A stretch of DNA of 64,000 nucleotides, taken from assembly GCA_028824125.1 (NCBI GenBank), contig JAPPES010000136.1, positions 7,007 to 71,006 of the forward strand. The letters are read 5' to 3'. This DNA comes from Candidatus Poribacteria bacterium (GTDB lineage Bacteria; Poribacteria; WGA-4E; WGA-3G). Shown here piece by piece: positions 1 to 10,325 of the stretch. The translations under genes and the position numbers were made by a program. Numbering within the stretch: the first letter of the stretch is position 1; every line of letters begins with the position of its first letter. A model generated the notes under the pieces. It made no database searches and was not told where the DNA came from. It was given only the letters and a program-made list of their open reading frames with translations.

Positions 1-264
1 GCGCTAAAAACGGGTGCAGCGATATTACCAACTTTTATTGTCCGTCAGTCTGATGGTACACATCGGGCGATAATTGAGCCGCCGTTAGCGTTAAAACGGT
101 ACGATGTAAAAGAGGAAGAACTTGTTATCAATACACAGAAATTCACCAAAATCATTGAAACCTACGTCCGAAAATATCCAGAGCAGTGGATTTGGATGCA
201 TAAACGGTGGAAAACACGCCCTGATACCTGTCCAACTAATAAGAATGCTAACGTTTTGGAATAA
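1..264 (+). CDS. Lipid A late acyltransferase (LpxL/HtrB family), 5'-partial
   Basis: Frame 1 is open from base 1 and reads ALKTGAAILP...YPEQWIWMHKRWKTRP to TAA at 262-264. The PEQW.W.H.RWK C-terminus is typical of the family, and the gene lies upstream of lptC. Not in the ORF track. Confidence 0.85.
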   Translation, partial: ALKTGAAILPTFIVRQSDGTHRAIIEPPLALKRYDVKEEELVINTQKFTKIIETYVRKYPEQWIWMHKRWKTRPDTCPTNKNANVLE

Positions 265-793
265 TACATGTCTTGCTGTTTTTCTAATTCTTTGCCTTGC
301 TGTTATAGGTTGTGAACGGGAGGAAGAAGAAACCCAACCAGTAGAGCCTACACCGACCCAGCAGCTTGAAAAGTTTTCTATGCAGCACAGAGAGGCAGGT
401 GTCTTAAAGTGGACTCTTGAAGGTGAGGCATCTGAGATGAGAAGAAACACAGTGATCGTCCAAAATCCGAAAGTTCAAATATATGAGGAAGGACAAGTTT
501 CTATAACATTGACCGGAAAAACAGGGCAGTATTTCAGTGTTGGAAAGAAAAAAGATAATCTATATCTCAACGGCGAAGTGGTTGGTGTCAACGAAAATGG
601 AACACTATACACAGAAGAACTCCAGTGGCAAAACAAAGATGGAACGCTTTATTCGCCAACTGAAGTTAAGATCGTGCGTGGAGATTCTACATGGTATGGT
701 ACCGAAATGGTGGCTAATCCAGACCTTGAAACCGTAAAGATGTCAAAAAATCGATTTACACTCTATCCTAAAGATGAGGAAATAAATGATTAG
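245..793 (+). CDS. lptC: LPS export protein LptC
   Basis: N-terminal hydrophobic segment ending LAVIGC (lipobox-like), beta-jellyroll motifs (LYTEELQW, G.EM.AN), and position before lptA/lptB. ATG at 245 is preferred over the track start at 122. Confidence 0.8.
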   Translation: MLTFWNNTCLAVFLILCLAVIGCEREEEETQPVEPTPTQQLEKFSMQHREAGVLKWTLEGEASEMRRNTVIVQNPKVQIYEEGQVSITLTGKTGQYFSVGKKKDNLYLNGEVVGVNENGTLYTEELQWQNKDGTLYSPTEVKIVRGDSTWYGTEMVANPDLETVKMSKNRFTLYPKDEEIND

Positions 794-1754
794 AAAGAAA
801 ATTATCCCGAAAATGAATAGTGACATATCATGGAAATTACCACAAGTGGTTAGAAACTTGTTTGTCTTTTTGTGTACAGTAATTTGTTTGATAACATTTT
901 CAGTGGTGGCGGATGAAGCGCCAAATACTGAGAAAAAGGAAGGCGAAGTTGTCCAGCAGAGCGAAGAGAAACCAGCGGACTCTGTTAAATCGGTAGAAAA
1001 CAAGAACGCTAAAAAAGATTCTGATACACCAAGTCCAGATAGCGATGGTACAGCGACCAAACCCACGAAAGAAGTTATTGTAGGTGACTCAGATGAAGCG
1101 GACCGGAATATAAAAACCGGTATCACAATTCTTATCGGAAATGTAAAGACGATAAGACTTAATGAACAGGGCATTGAAATCGGATTTCTAAATGCCGACA
1201 AAGTAACACTCAAGACTGATACAAAAACAGGTCAAACGACAGAAATTATTGCTGTAGGTAATGTAGAGATACGAGATCAAGATATCTTTGCTACCTGTGA
1301 CCACGCTACGATGAACAACCTAACGAACATCATCACGTTAAAAGATAATGTCGTAGTTTTACAAAACAAAGATAGGCTTGAAACGAAACTCTTCACCTTC
1401 AATAGAACAACGGGTGAACAGAAAGGTGTTGGAAACGTTAAATTTAAGGTAACTGTTACACAAGCAACACCAACTGCTACACCAGAGGAATCGGAAGAAG
1501 CCGGTACTGAGAGCAAGGATACCTCCGCAACAACAGATAAAACTGACGAAAAGGCTGCCTCTGAAGAATTAAAAAAAGAGACTGAAAAGAAATCTGATTC
1601 CGAAAAAACTGATAACAAAGAAAAAAATACACCTTCTGAAACAGACTCTGAATCTAAAAAAGATAAAGAGACTGAACCCGCTGAATCTGAAGAGACCGAA
1701 CCGACCAAATCTGAAGAGACTGATGAAACAGAAGGATCCGAGGAGACAGAGTAA
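786..1754 (+). CDS. lptA: LptA/OstA-family LPS transport protein with long acidic low-complexity extensions
   Basis: Signal-like hydrophobic segment, OstA-like repeats (A.GNV.I, ITLKDNVVV.Q), and position between lptC and lptB. Exact start uncertain. Confidence 0.75.
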   Translation: MIRKKIIPKMNSDISWKLPQVVRNLFVFLCTVICLITFSVVADEAPNTEKKEGEVVQQSEEKPADSVKSVENKNAKKDSDTPSPDSDGTATKPTKEVIVGDSDEADRNIKTGITILIGNVKTIRLNEQGIEIGFLNADKVTLKTDTKTGQTTEIIAVGNVEIRDQDIFATCDHATMNNLTNIITLKDNVVVLQNKDRLETKLFTFNRTTGEQKGVGNVKFKVTVTQATPTATPEESEEAGTESKDTSATTDKTDEKAASEELKKETEKKSDSEKTDNKEKNTPSETDSESKKDKETEPAESEETEPTKSEETDETEGSEETE

Positions 1755-1793
1755 CGTCGTTTTTCGCGTTACTCTGTAATGTTTTTTGTAAAT

Positions 1794-2570
1794 ATGGAGA
1801 ACACAGATAGCAGCAACGTGGCAACAGAGTTACAAGCACATAATCTTGTTAAAAGGTATACACGTCGGGGGCCAGTCGTCGTCAACGAAGTGAGTTTATC
1901 GCTAAAGCAAGGTGAGATAGTAGGTTTATTAGGGCCGAACGGTGCTGGAAAATCAACTACATTCTACATGGTGGTTGGTCTTATTCGTCCAAATGCAGGT
2001 CGGATCACTTACGGGGATAGAGATATAACGTTCTTGCCGATGTATAAGCGTGCGCGTCTCGGCATAGGTTATCTTTCACAGGAGACATCAATTTTCCGAA
2101 AATTGACGGTAAAACAGAACATTGAATCGATTTTAGAAGCGCGCGGAATGTCAAAAGATGAGCGAGAAACGCGCATACAGGAATTCACAGATGAACTCGG
2201 CATTTCAAATCTTTTAAATCGTAAAGCATATACGCTTTCAGGGGGTGAATGTCGGCGAGCTGAGATTGCTCGTGCGCTCGCCGCACAACCCGAGTTCATT
2301 TTATTAGATGAGCCACTTTCTGGAATTGACCCAATTGCAGTTGCGGACATAAAACAGCTAATTTTACATTTACGAAGCCGTAGCCTTGGAATTCTAATTA
2401 CAGATCACAATGCTGTTGAAACGCTAAATATTGTTGATCGGGCATATCTTATTGCGGATGGGAAAATTACACTATCAGGCACGCCTGAAGAACTTATCAA
2501 TAGCGAAGTTGCGAGAGAACTCTATTTCGGTCATAACTTTCATTATGCAAAAGAGGAGAACAACTCATAA
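1794..2570 (+). CDS. lptB: LPS export ABC transporter ATPase LptB
   Basis: GEIVGLLGPNGAGKSTTFYM, LSGGE, ILLDEP.SGIDPIAV and ILITDHN motifs; lies upstream of rpoN. Confidence 0.95.
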   Translation: MENTDSSNVATELQAHNLVKRYTRRGPVVVNEVSLSLKQGEIVGLLGPNGAGKSTTFYMVVGLIRPNAGRITYGDRDITFLPMYKRARLGIGYLSQETSIFRKLTVKQNIESILEARGMSKDERETRIQEFTDELGISNLLNRKAYTLSGGECRRAEIARALAAQPEFILLDEPLSGIDPIAVADIKQLILHLRSRSLGILITDHNAVETLNIVDRAYLIADGKITLSGTPEELINSEVARELYFGHNFHYAKEENNS

Positions 2571-2660
2571 GAAGAACTTTAGCATCGGTTATCGCTTGAG
2601 AACTACTTTTTTGAAGGCGTTACAGTCACAAATACGCTAACGTTCTAATAGTGATTTATT

Positions 2661-2759
2661 GGGGTACCGCGTGATGAAAATGCAACCGAAACACTGCTGC
2701 TGAGTACGAACATTACATTGACTGCTGGGGGTACCGCGTGATGAAAATGCAACCGAAAC
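2661..2759 (+). repeat. 32-bp direct duplication of the rpoN translation-start region
   Basis: ggggtaccgcgtgatgaaaatgcaaccgaaac occurs at 2661-2692 and again at 2728-2759. Confidence 0.9.
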
Positions 2760-4525
2760 TTACTCAGACGCCGCAGATGACAAATAAAATTGTCATGACA
2801 CCCAAGTTGCAACAGGCAATTAAGGTACTTATGATGCCGCAGCTTGAGTTAAAGCAATTTATAGAGCAAGAGTTGAACCAAAACCCACTTTTAGAAATTG
2901 AGGAAGAGCCTGAGACAGCCCTGTCTATGGAAGATTATGATCCCGCGCCTGAATGGAACAACCCTGAGGAAAATATTGAGCGTGAGGATACTTCTGTTGA
3001 TATTGACTGGCATGCCGTGTTTGACGACATGCGAACACCTGTGACTCAAGTAAATCAGCTGTATGATGATCCCGATGCTCCAGAACCGGACATCGCTGAA
3101 GCACTATCTCTCCAGAATTATCTATATCAACAACTCCAGTTAGCACCTTTCACCAAGACAGAACGTGCTATCGGAGAATTAATTGTTGGGAATTTAAACG
3201 ATGATGGTCGACTCCTATTGAAACTGTTTTCTCTCCCTCTTGAATTCGTTGGTGACTTTGAAAATGAATGTCTCTCAGAAGAATTACAGAAAACATTATC
3301 AAAAAACCTCAGTACTATAACGAATAATGATAAAAAATCAAAGGAAGAAGTCAAAGAACTCTTATTTGAGGTCAATCCTATCGTAGCAGCGCCAGCAAAT
3401 TCGGAAAGCGAATCTAAGCGTTGGGAAATTGTTGATACCATTAGCAAGAAAACATACACAGTTAAACACGAAGGGAACGAAATAAATCTTTATGAACTTA
3501 CTTTAGAAGATATTGCATTTGAGGCGGGATGTACAGTATCCGAAGCTGAAAAAGTACTGCACATGATACAAGAGACATTTGAACCTGCTGGTATCGCTTA
3601 TCGTGACCTCAAGGAAACACTGAGTATACAGATTCGCCATCATGAAATGCAGCACTATAAGCAAAATGGACTATCCCCATATCATGTGCCGTTTCGACTT
3701 GCTAAAGAGATTGTTGAACATCATTTAGAGGATTTATTGAACAATCGAATGGCCGCTATTTCTGAAGCACTTGAGTTAGGCAAAGACGAGATTCTTAAGG
3801 CTTCACAATGGATTGGCACTTTGTCTCCATATCCGGGGCGTTACTTTTCTGATCCATCTGTCAAAGATTTGGTTAAATCACCAGAGACAATCCAAGGGAT
3901 CACTCCTGATGTGCAGGTAGTAAAAAATGGTGAAGATTATTATATTTTACCGATTGATAATTATATTCCGCGTTTACGTATGAATCCTTACTATATTAAC
4001 TTAATGCGCGATGACAGTAAGACGTTAGATTCAGAGGCAAAAAAATGGATTCAAAAAAAATATAATGATGCCGTAGATATACTCAGCAGTATAGCACAGC
4101 GAGGTCGTACTATTGAACGGGTTACGGAAGCTATCTTTGAAGTCCAATCTGATTTCCTAAAACAAGGCCCACAGAGCATTAAACCTTTGACATTGAGAAC
4201 GATTGCCGATATGGCAGGTGTTCACGAATCAACCGTGAGCCGCGTCACGAGTAACAAATATGTTCAGACACCCCTCGGTACTTATCCGTTGAAGTTCTTT
4301 TTTAGCAATCAATTGGCAACAACTCAAGGCGACTCAGTGTCTCCAGAACAGGTTAAGGCAGCCCTTAAAGATGTGATAAGTAAAGAAAATCCAGCCAAAC
4401 CGCTAAGCGATCAAGCGATAAGTGCATCATTGAAAAAACGCGGGATGGTTGTTGCAAGGCGGACTGTGCAAAAATATCGTGAAGAACTCGGCATCCGCTC
4501 TTCCCGTCAAAGGAAAAAATCTTAA
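2738..4525 (+). CDS. rpoN: RNA polymerase sigma-54 factor
   Basis: Region I TPKLQQAIKVL, HTH HESTVSRVTSNKY, and RpoN box ARRTVQKYRE. Confidence 0.97.
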   Translation: MMKMQPKLTQTPQMTNKIVMTPKLQQAIKVLMMPQLELKQFIEQELNQNPLLEIEEEPETALSMEDYDPAPEWNNPEENIEREDTSVDIDWHAVFDDMRTPVTQVNQLYDDPDAPEPDIAEALSLQNYLYQQLQLAPFTKTERAIGELIVGNLNDDGRLLLKLFSLPLEFVGDFENECLSEELQKTLSKNLSTITNNDKKSKEEVKELLFEVNPIVAAPANSESESKRWEIVDTISKKTYTVKHEGNEINLYELTLEDIAFEAGCTVSEAEKVLHMIQETFEPAGIAYRDLKETLSIQIRHHEMQHYKQNGLSPYHVPFRLAKEIVEHHLEDLLNNRMAAISEALELGKDEILKASQWIGTLSPYPGRYFSDPSVKDLVKSPETIQGITPDVQVVKNGEDYYILPIDNYIPRLRMNPYYINLMRDDSKTLDSEAKKWIQKKYNDAVDILSSIAQRGRTIERVTEAIFEVQSDFLKQGPQSIKPLTLRTIADMAGVHESTVSRVTSNKYVQTPLGTYPLKFFFSNQLATTQGDSVSPEQVKAALKDVISKENPAKPLSDQAISASLKKRGMVVARRTVQKYREELGIRSSRQRKKS

Positions 4526-4630
4526 ATTCGATCCATTGAACATACTTTTCACAATGAAATTATTATGATTTTACTATAATCCGATAGAGAAATATTTTCA
4601 AACTTTAGATACTTATGCAGGAGAGATATT

Positions 4631-5188
4631 ATGAAAATTACATATTCTGGACATAACCTGAAAATTACTGATGATCTTCATGATTATATCCTAAAACGTG
4701 CTGAGAAGATTGAATCTCGTTTTGGAGAGATGCAAGATTTTAATGTTATTCTGAAAGCAGAAAAGCATCGTTTTGAAGCGGAGATAATAGTTTCAGCACC
4801 AAAAGTATCGTTTTACGCAAAGAATAATACCCACGAAATCATATCGGCTATAGACGGTGCTGCAGACAAGGTTATTAGCCAGATTCGTAAACACAAAGAA
4901 CGTGTCAAAGATAAACGGCATAACGTGCCACATCGGGAGGTGGTAGCCCAATTGAATCCGGAGGCATCAGAAATCCCGCCAGATGTGGATTCAACAGATG
5001 CTCCGGTTATTGTCCCAGTTTCGGAGAAATTTGCCGCAAAACCGCTTACATTGAGTGAAGCCGCAGCTGAACTTCATACCTCCGGAGAAACTCTGCTGAT
5101 GTTTTTAAACTCAGATACGCGGCAGGTGAACCTACTTTACCAATCTGATGATGGGGCTTACGGTTGGGTAGAACCATCTTTTACGTAA
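4631..5188 (+). CDS. hpf: Ribosome hibernation promoting factor (long HPF)
   Basis: Follows rpoN; SAID.A.DK...QIRKHKER motif plus C-terminal KPL...EA...YGWVEP domain. Confidence 0.9.
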   Translation: MKITYSGHNLKITDDLHDYILKRAEKIESRFGEMQDFNVILKAEKHRFEAEIIVSAPKVSFYAKNNTHEIISAIDGAADKVISQIRKHKERVKDKRHNVPHREVVAQLNPEASEIPPDVDSTDAPVIVPVSEKFAAKPLTLSEAAAELHTSGETLLMFLNSDTRQVNLLYQSDDGAYGWVEPSFT

Positions 5189-5285
5189 CACTATATGAAT
5201 AGTCTCGGTAGGCGCGATTTCAAATCGCGCCAACTATAGCCCAAAAACGAGTTTAATTAAAATAGAGCTGTTTTCAGGTAATAAT

Positions 5286-7943
5286 ATGACAAGTCTTCCA
5301 AAGATTTACGACCCTCAGGAAATTGAGGGTAAATGGTACCAATTTTGGCAAAGCAACGGCTTCTTTCATGCCGAAGCCATCTCTGACAAGCCTCCCTACG
5401 CAATTGTGATCCCACCGCCAAACATCACTGGTAGCCTACATATCGGACATGCGCTTGATAACACGCTGCAAGATTGCCTTATCCGATGGAAACGCATGCA
5501 GGGTTACAATGTGCTATGGATGCCCGGAACAGACCACGCTGGCATTGTAACCGAGCTCATTATGGAGAGAAAGCTTGTTGAAGAAGGTACAAGTAGAAAC
5601 GCTCTTGGCCGAGAAAAATTTATAGAACGGATGTGGCAATGGAAAGCGGAATCCGCTGGATATATTGTCTCGCAGCTCCAACAACTCGGATGTTCTTGTG
5701 ATTGGGAACGTGAGCGATTTACACTTGATGATGGGCTTTCAAAAGCTGTCCGGACAGCGTTTGTTAAGCTCTACAATCAAGGACTCATCTACCGTGGGAC
5801 CTATATGGTAAATTGGTGCCCACAGTGCAATACTGCAGTGAGTAACCTTGAAGTGGAACCGATTGAAATTGATGGAAACTTTTATCACATCCGTTATCCT
5901 GTAATAGATAGCGATGTTGTGCTTGAAATTGCAACAACGCGTCCCGAAACGATGTTAGGTGATACTGCGGTCGCAGTCCATCCGGATGATGAACGCTACC
6001 AACACCTGATTGGGAAAAAAGTTCTTCTTCCGCTTTGCGATAGAGAAATACCGATTATAGCTGATGACTATGTGGATACAGAATTTGGGACGGGTGCGTT
6101 AAAAGTTACGCCTGCCCACGATGTGAATGACTATGAAATCGGTTTGCGGCACGACCTTGAACAACGTACTATCTTTACCCAAGACGGACATATCAACGAA
6201 AATGCCCCTGAAAAATACTTAGGTCTATCCCGTTGGGAGTGCCGGAAAAAGGTTGTTCAAGATTTAGAGAACGGGGATTTTCTTGTCAAAATTGTGCCGC
6301 ACAGACATGCTGTTGGGCATCATGATAGGTGCAACACTGTAGTAGAACCCGCAATATCGCTGCAATGGTTCATGAATGTTAAGCCCCTTGCACAAAAAGC
6401 TATAGAAGCTACAAAAAAAAGTGAAGTGACATTTATTCCAGAACGCGAAACCGCAAGGTTTTTTCACTGGATGGAGAATATTGAACCGTGGCCAATTTCA
6501 CGCCAAAGATGGTGGGGACACCGACTACCGATATGGTATTGTAGTGCTTGTGAAAAAGTCACTGCAGCAATGGATACACCCAAACAGTGTGAATGTGGTG
6601 CGACTGACTTTCATCAAGATGAAGATGTCCTTGACACATGGTTTAGTTCAGGTTTATGGCCCTTCTCAACTATGGGATGGCCAGAAGAAACGGATGAGTT
6701 AAAAACCTTTTATCCCACATCTGTGCTTGTCACTGGGTGGGATATACTTTTCTTCTGGGTAGCAAGAATGATTATGTTAGGACTCGGATGTATGGATAAA
6801 GTTCCTTTCCGTACGGTGTATCTACACGGTCTTGTCGCCGATGAGAAGGGGCAGAAGATGAGCAAGTCGAAAGGGAATAGCATTGATCCATTGGAGACGA
6901 TTGCTACTTATGGCACAGACGCTTTCCGTTTTGCGCTGGCAAACGCAAGCACACCTATACCTTATGTGCCACTGCCTGAATCTCAAATTGAGGCGGGCAA
7001 AAGATTTGCAAACAAAGTATGGAATGCAGCTCGGTTCATTCTTATGAATTTAGAAAAACACCCTATTCCAACAACAGAGAAGATAGAAGCAGCACAGGAG
7101 CCGTTAGAGATCCAATGGATACGGAGCCGTCTAAGTCACACCATAAAATCAACAACCGATGCGCTCGAAAACTTCAGATTTTACGAAGTCGCGCAAACCC
7201 TTTATGCTTTCCTTTGGCATGAATTCTGTGATTGGTATCTGGAATTTGCGAAACAACGTCTACCTAAAAATGAGCCGCAAGCATTGTGGGTTGCTGCCGA
7301 TGTTTTGGAACAGGTAATGCGTCTCCTACACCCAATTATGCCGTTTTTAACAGAGGAGATTTGGCAGCTACTTCCGCATGGCGGGAATAACTCTGATGTA
7401 GATGGAAACGCATCAGTGACTGTTGCACCTTTGCCGAAGCCAACCGAAGAAAACCCAGACGCAGAAACTACCATGTCAACTCTCATGGGAGTGATTGAAA
7501 ATATCAGAAGTATACGCGGCGAGTTGAACGTGCCGATCGGAGCATCTGTAGAAGTGCACATTCAATCGCCAAATGCTGTAGTTCGAAATCGGCTTGAAAC
7601 ATATCTGGAGCAGTATTTACCTGCTTTTACGAAGGTGTCGGACATTACAATTGCAGCGTCCTTACCGAAACCTCCTGCCTCAGCAGAAGCGGTTATTGGA
7701 GACCTTGCCATCTACATTCCATTGGCAGGCGTAATTGACTTTGAAGCAGAAAAAGCGCGACTAACGAAACGTTACGATCAGATAGTCAAAGACGTTGAAG
7801 CTGCGCAAAAAACATTAGAAAATCCGAATTTTATTGAACGTGCACCCGAAAAAGTTGTTGCACAAAAACGGGAACTACTTGAACGTTTGTTAATTGAACA
7901 GGAGAAGTTGGCACGAAGTCTTACGATGCTTACTTCTTCGTAA
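5286..7943 (+). CDS. valS: Valine--tRNA ligase
   Basis: PPPNITGSLHIGH, GTDHAGI, ATTRPET, ISRQ.WWGH and KMSKS motifs; C-terminal coiled coil NPNF..RAP. Confidence 0.98.
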   Translation: MTSLPKIYDPQEIEGKWYQFWQSNGFFHAEAISDKPPYAIVIPPPNITGSLHIGHALDNTLQDCLIRWKRMQGYNVLWMPGTDHAGIVTELIMERKLVEEGTSRNALGREKFIERMWQWKAESAGYIVSQLQQLGCSCDWERERFTLDDGLSKAVRTAFVKLYNQGLIYRGTYMVNWCPQCNTAVSNLEVEPIEIDGNFYHIRYPVIDSDVVLEIATTRPETMLGDTAVAVHPDDERYQHLIGKKVLLPLCDREIPIIADDYVDTEFGTGALKVTPAHDVNDYEIGLRHDLEQRTIFTQDGHINENAPEKYLGLSRWECRKKVVQDLENGDFLVKIVPHRHAVGHHDRCNTVVEPAISLQWFMNVKPLAQKAIEATKKSEVTFIPERETARFFHWMENIEPWPISRQRWWGHRLPIWYCSACEKVTAAMDTPKQCECGATDFHQDEDVLDTWFSSGLWPFSTMGWPEETDELKTFYPTSVLVTGWDILFFWVARMIMLGLGCMDKVPFRTVYLHGLVADEKGQKMSKSKGNSIDPLETIATYGTDAFRFALANASTPIPYVPLPESQIEAGKRFANKVWNAARFILMNLEKHPIPTTEKIEAAQEPLEIQWIRSRLSHTIKSTTDALENFRFYEVAQTLYAFLWHEFCDWYLEFAKQRLPKNEPQALWVAADVLEQVMRLLHPIMPFLTEEIWQLLPHGGNNSDVDGNASVTVAPLPKPTEENPDAETTMSTLMGVIENIRSIRGELNVPIGASVEVHIQSPNAVVRNRLETYLEQYLPAFTKVSDITIAASLPKPPASAEAVIGDLAIYIPLAGVIDFEAEKARLTKRYDQIVKDVEAAQKTLENPNFIERAPEKVVAQKRELLERLLIEQEKLARSLTMLTSS

Positions 7944-7960
7944 TTATAGCAAGTTTGAAA

Positions 7961-8392
7961 ATGGCAATAGAAAATAACAACCGCTGTTTTGTTTGCGGCA
8001 CAAATAATCCGTATGGCTTGCAAGTGGAACCGGAAATCAGAGATGCAGGTGCTGAAGTCCACATAGAATGCACACCACCTGAACACATGCAAGGATGGGC
8101 AAACATTCTTCACGGTGGTATAATTAGTACCCTATTAGACGAGGCGATAACCCATATTGGCATAGGAACTTTTGATGGCCCCGCGGTTACAGCACAACTT
8201 GAAGTTCGTTTTCGGAAGCCTGCACCAACAGGCGTGAAACTATTTGTTTTTGCAGAACGGACTAAAGTTACACGGCGATTAGTAGAGGCGAAGGCGGAAA
8301 TAAAACTGAGTGATAGCACCCTCATCGCTACTGGTACCGGCAAGGTAATGCCGGTTGATGAAAGTTACACCTCTACGCCTCCGACTCAATAG
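7961..8392 (+). CDS. PaaI-family (hotdog-fold) thioesterase
   Basis: CFVCG..NP.GL and HGGIISTLLDE motifs. Confidence 0.9.
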   Translation: MAIENNNRCFVCGTNNPYGLQVEPEIRDAGAEVHIECTPPEHMQGWANILHGGIISTLLDEAITHIGIGTFDGPAVTAQLEVRFRKPAPTGVKLFVFAERTKVTRRLVEAKAEIKLSDSTLIATGTGKVMPVDESYTSTPPTQ

Positions 8393-8394
8393 AA

Positions 8395-8550
8395 TAACTC
8401 AGATTGCTTCCTATAAGATTTTAGACCTGCAAACACCGTTTTTTATAGAGAATGATCCATTTTTCGTAAGATTCCGTAGCGCAAACTGTGAGTTTGCGTC
8501 TTCACAGGCACAATCTAACAGATTGTGCTACTACGTGGCAACTTAGGTTA
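8395..8550. repeat. Intergenic repeat element with REP-like gtagcgcaaact...gtgctac hairpins
   Basis: About 8391-8485 recurs inverted at about 26082-26178. The ends taactca.../gcaacttaggtta recur at about 17455-17548. Related hairpins lie at about 20719, 35483, 39866 and 44879. Confidence 0.75.
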
Positions 8551-8582
8551 GAATAGGATGCCGAAAGGCTTGCAAAACATAT

Positions 8583-10250
8583 ATGAACACAGAAACAGAT
8601 TCTTCTGTGCTGAATTCAGAAGCGCGTTCAAGTTGGGATACAGATGTGCTTATAGTCGGTAGTGGTGCTGCTGGGCTGCGCGCTGCTCTCGCAGCGAGTG
8701 AAAGTGCGGATGTTACCCTAATTACGAAAACAACTCTCAAAGAGAGCAACACGCTTTATGCACAAGGTGGCATCGCTGTCGCCATGAACGTTGATGATAC
8801 AATAGACCTGCACGTAGAAGATACATGTAGTGCAGGATGCGGTTTATGTGATATAGGTGCTGTTGAAACTATGGTTTCTGAAGGCATTCCGCGCGTAACG
8901 GAACTGTTAGACTGGGGTGCTAATTTTGATTGGGAAGGGACGCTTCCGCGTTTTACCCAAGAGGCAGCACATAGTCGTAGACGTATCGTTCATAAAGGGG
9001 ATGCAACTGGGCGTGAAACAACGGACGTTCTCGTTCAGCGAGTCTTAAACACAGAACGTATTCGTGTCCTATCAGATGCTTTTGCAATAGACCTACTTAC
9101 GGATGCAGAATTAGCACAGGAAAAAGACGGGACCACATGTTACGGTGTTACTACCATTGTGGCGGATGAATTGGTCTGTCTTTACGCTAAAGCAACGATT
9201 CTTGCAACAGGCGGGCTTGGGCGTCTGTATCCTTGCACCTCCAACCCAGAGGTGGCAACTGGCGATGGTTTCGCCGCAGCATGGCGTGCAGGATGCGAGA
9301 TGATAGATATGGAATTTGTTCAGTTCCACCCAACGACACTCTATCTTGACGGTGCCCCAAGTTTCTTAATCTCAGAGGCAGTACGGGGAGAAGGAGGACG
9401 CCTCATCAACATCCGCGGTGAGCGATTTATGGAGAAATATCACGAAAAAGGTGAACTTGCCCCGCGCGATGTTGTCAGCCGAGCGATCCAAAATGAGATG
9501 TACCTAACAGGATTTCCGTGCGTCTATCTTGACGTTACACACAAATCCGCTGATTTTATTCAAGAACGGTTTCCGACGATCTCCGATACGACTAAACATT
9601 ACGGCTTAGATATTAATATTGATTTAATACCAGTTCGTCCCGGTGCGCATTTTATGATGGGAGGGATTCGTACCAACACCGATACAGAAACAAATCTCAA
9701 AGGTCTATATGCATGTGGTGAAGTTGCATGCACTGGCGTGCATGGTGCCAATCGTTTAGCAAGTAATTCGCTATTAGAATGCCTGGTCTTCGGCGTGCGT
9801 GCTGGAAATAACGCTGCATCTTATGCCACATCTCAAACATCGGAGCCTCCACCAAAAATCCTGATACCAAGTCCTCAAGAAAAAACTTCAGGTTTAGATG
9901 AAAATTTAATATCAGCAACAAAGGATGCTATTCGTGAAACGCTTTGGGAGAATGTCGGAATTGAACGTGATGGTGAAGGTTTAGAACAAACACTGAACGA
10001 TTTAGAAGAAATAGGGGCAGTGACTGGTCTCTCCCATTCTTTGCCAACATATCTTCAAACAACCGATGTGGCGTTGTGTGAAACGCTAAATATGCTTAAT
10101 GTGGCGTGGATAATCACACAAGCAGCACTCGCTCGAACGGAGAGCCGTGGTGGCCACTACCGAGCAGATTTCCCTGATCAAGATGATGTTGATTGGCTTC
10201 GACGCATCATCATGAGCAGAGACAATGACCCGGAAATTGTTGAACTATAA
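8583..10250 (+). CDS. nadB: L-aspartate oxidase
   Basis: GSGAAGL FAD motif, YAQGGIA, EFVQFHPT, SEAVRGEG, LAPRDVVSRAI, GVHGANRLASNSLLE and ESRG.HYR. Confidence 0.93.
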   Translation: MNTETDSSVLNSEARSSWDTDVLIVGSGAAGLRAALAASESADVTLITKTTLKESNTLYAQGGIAVAMNVDDTIDLHVEDTCSAGCGLCDIGAVETMVSEGIPRVTELLDWGANFDWEGTLPRFTQEAAHSRRRIVHKGDATGRETTDVLVQRVLNTERIRVLSDAFAIDLLTDAELAQEKDGTTCYGVTTIVADELVCLYAKATILATGGLGRLYPCTSNPEVATGDGFAAAWRAGCEMIDMEFVQFHPTTLYLDGAPSFLISEAVRGEGGRLINIRGERFMEKYHEKGELAPRDVVSRAIQNEMYLTGFPCVYLDVTHKSADFIQERFPTISDTTKHYGLDINIDLIPVRPGAHFMMGGIRTNTDTETNLKGLYACGEVACTGVHGANRLASNSLLECLVFGVRAGNNAASYATSQTSEPPPKILIPSPQEKTSGLDENLISATKDAIRETLWENVGIERDGEGLEQTLNDLEEIGAVTGLSHSLPTYLQTTDVALCETLNMLNVAWIITQAALARTESRGGHYRADFPDQDDVDWLRRIIMSRDNDPEIVEL

Positions 10251-10325
10251 GAAAATAAATTATAAAACAAGCAGGCGCGCTTTAGAAGCGCGCCAATCAA
10301 CGGTGAATCGTTAATTATAAATTAC

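Noticed and set aside
2671-2721. Selenocysteine readthrough of the CC-TGA uORF before rpoN
   Set aside because: A second TGA follows within six codons, the frame does not join rpoN, and no SECIS-like hairpin is evident.
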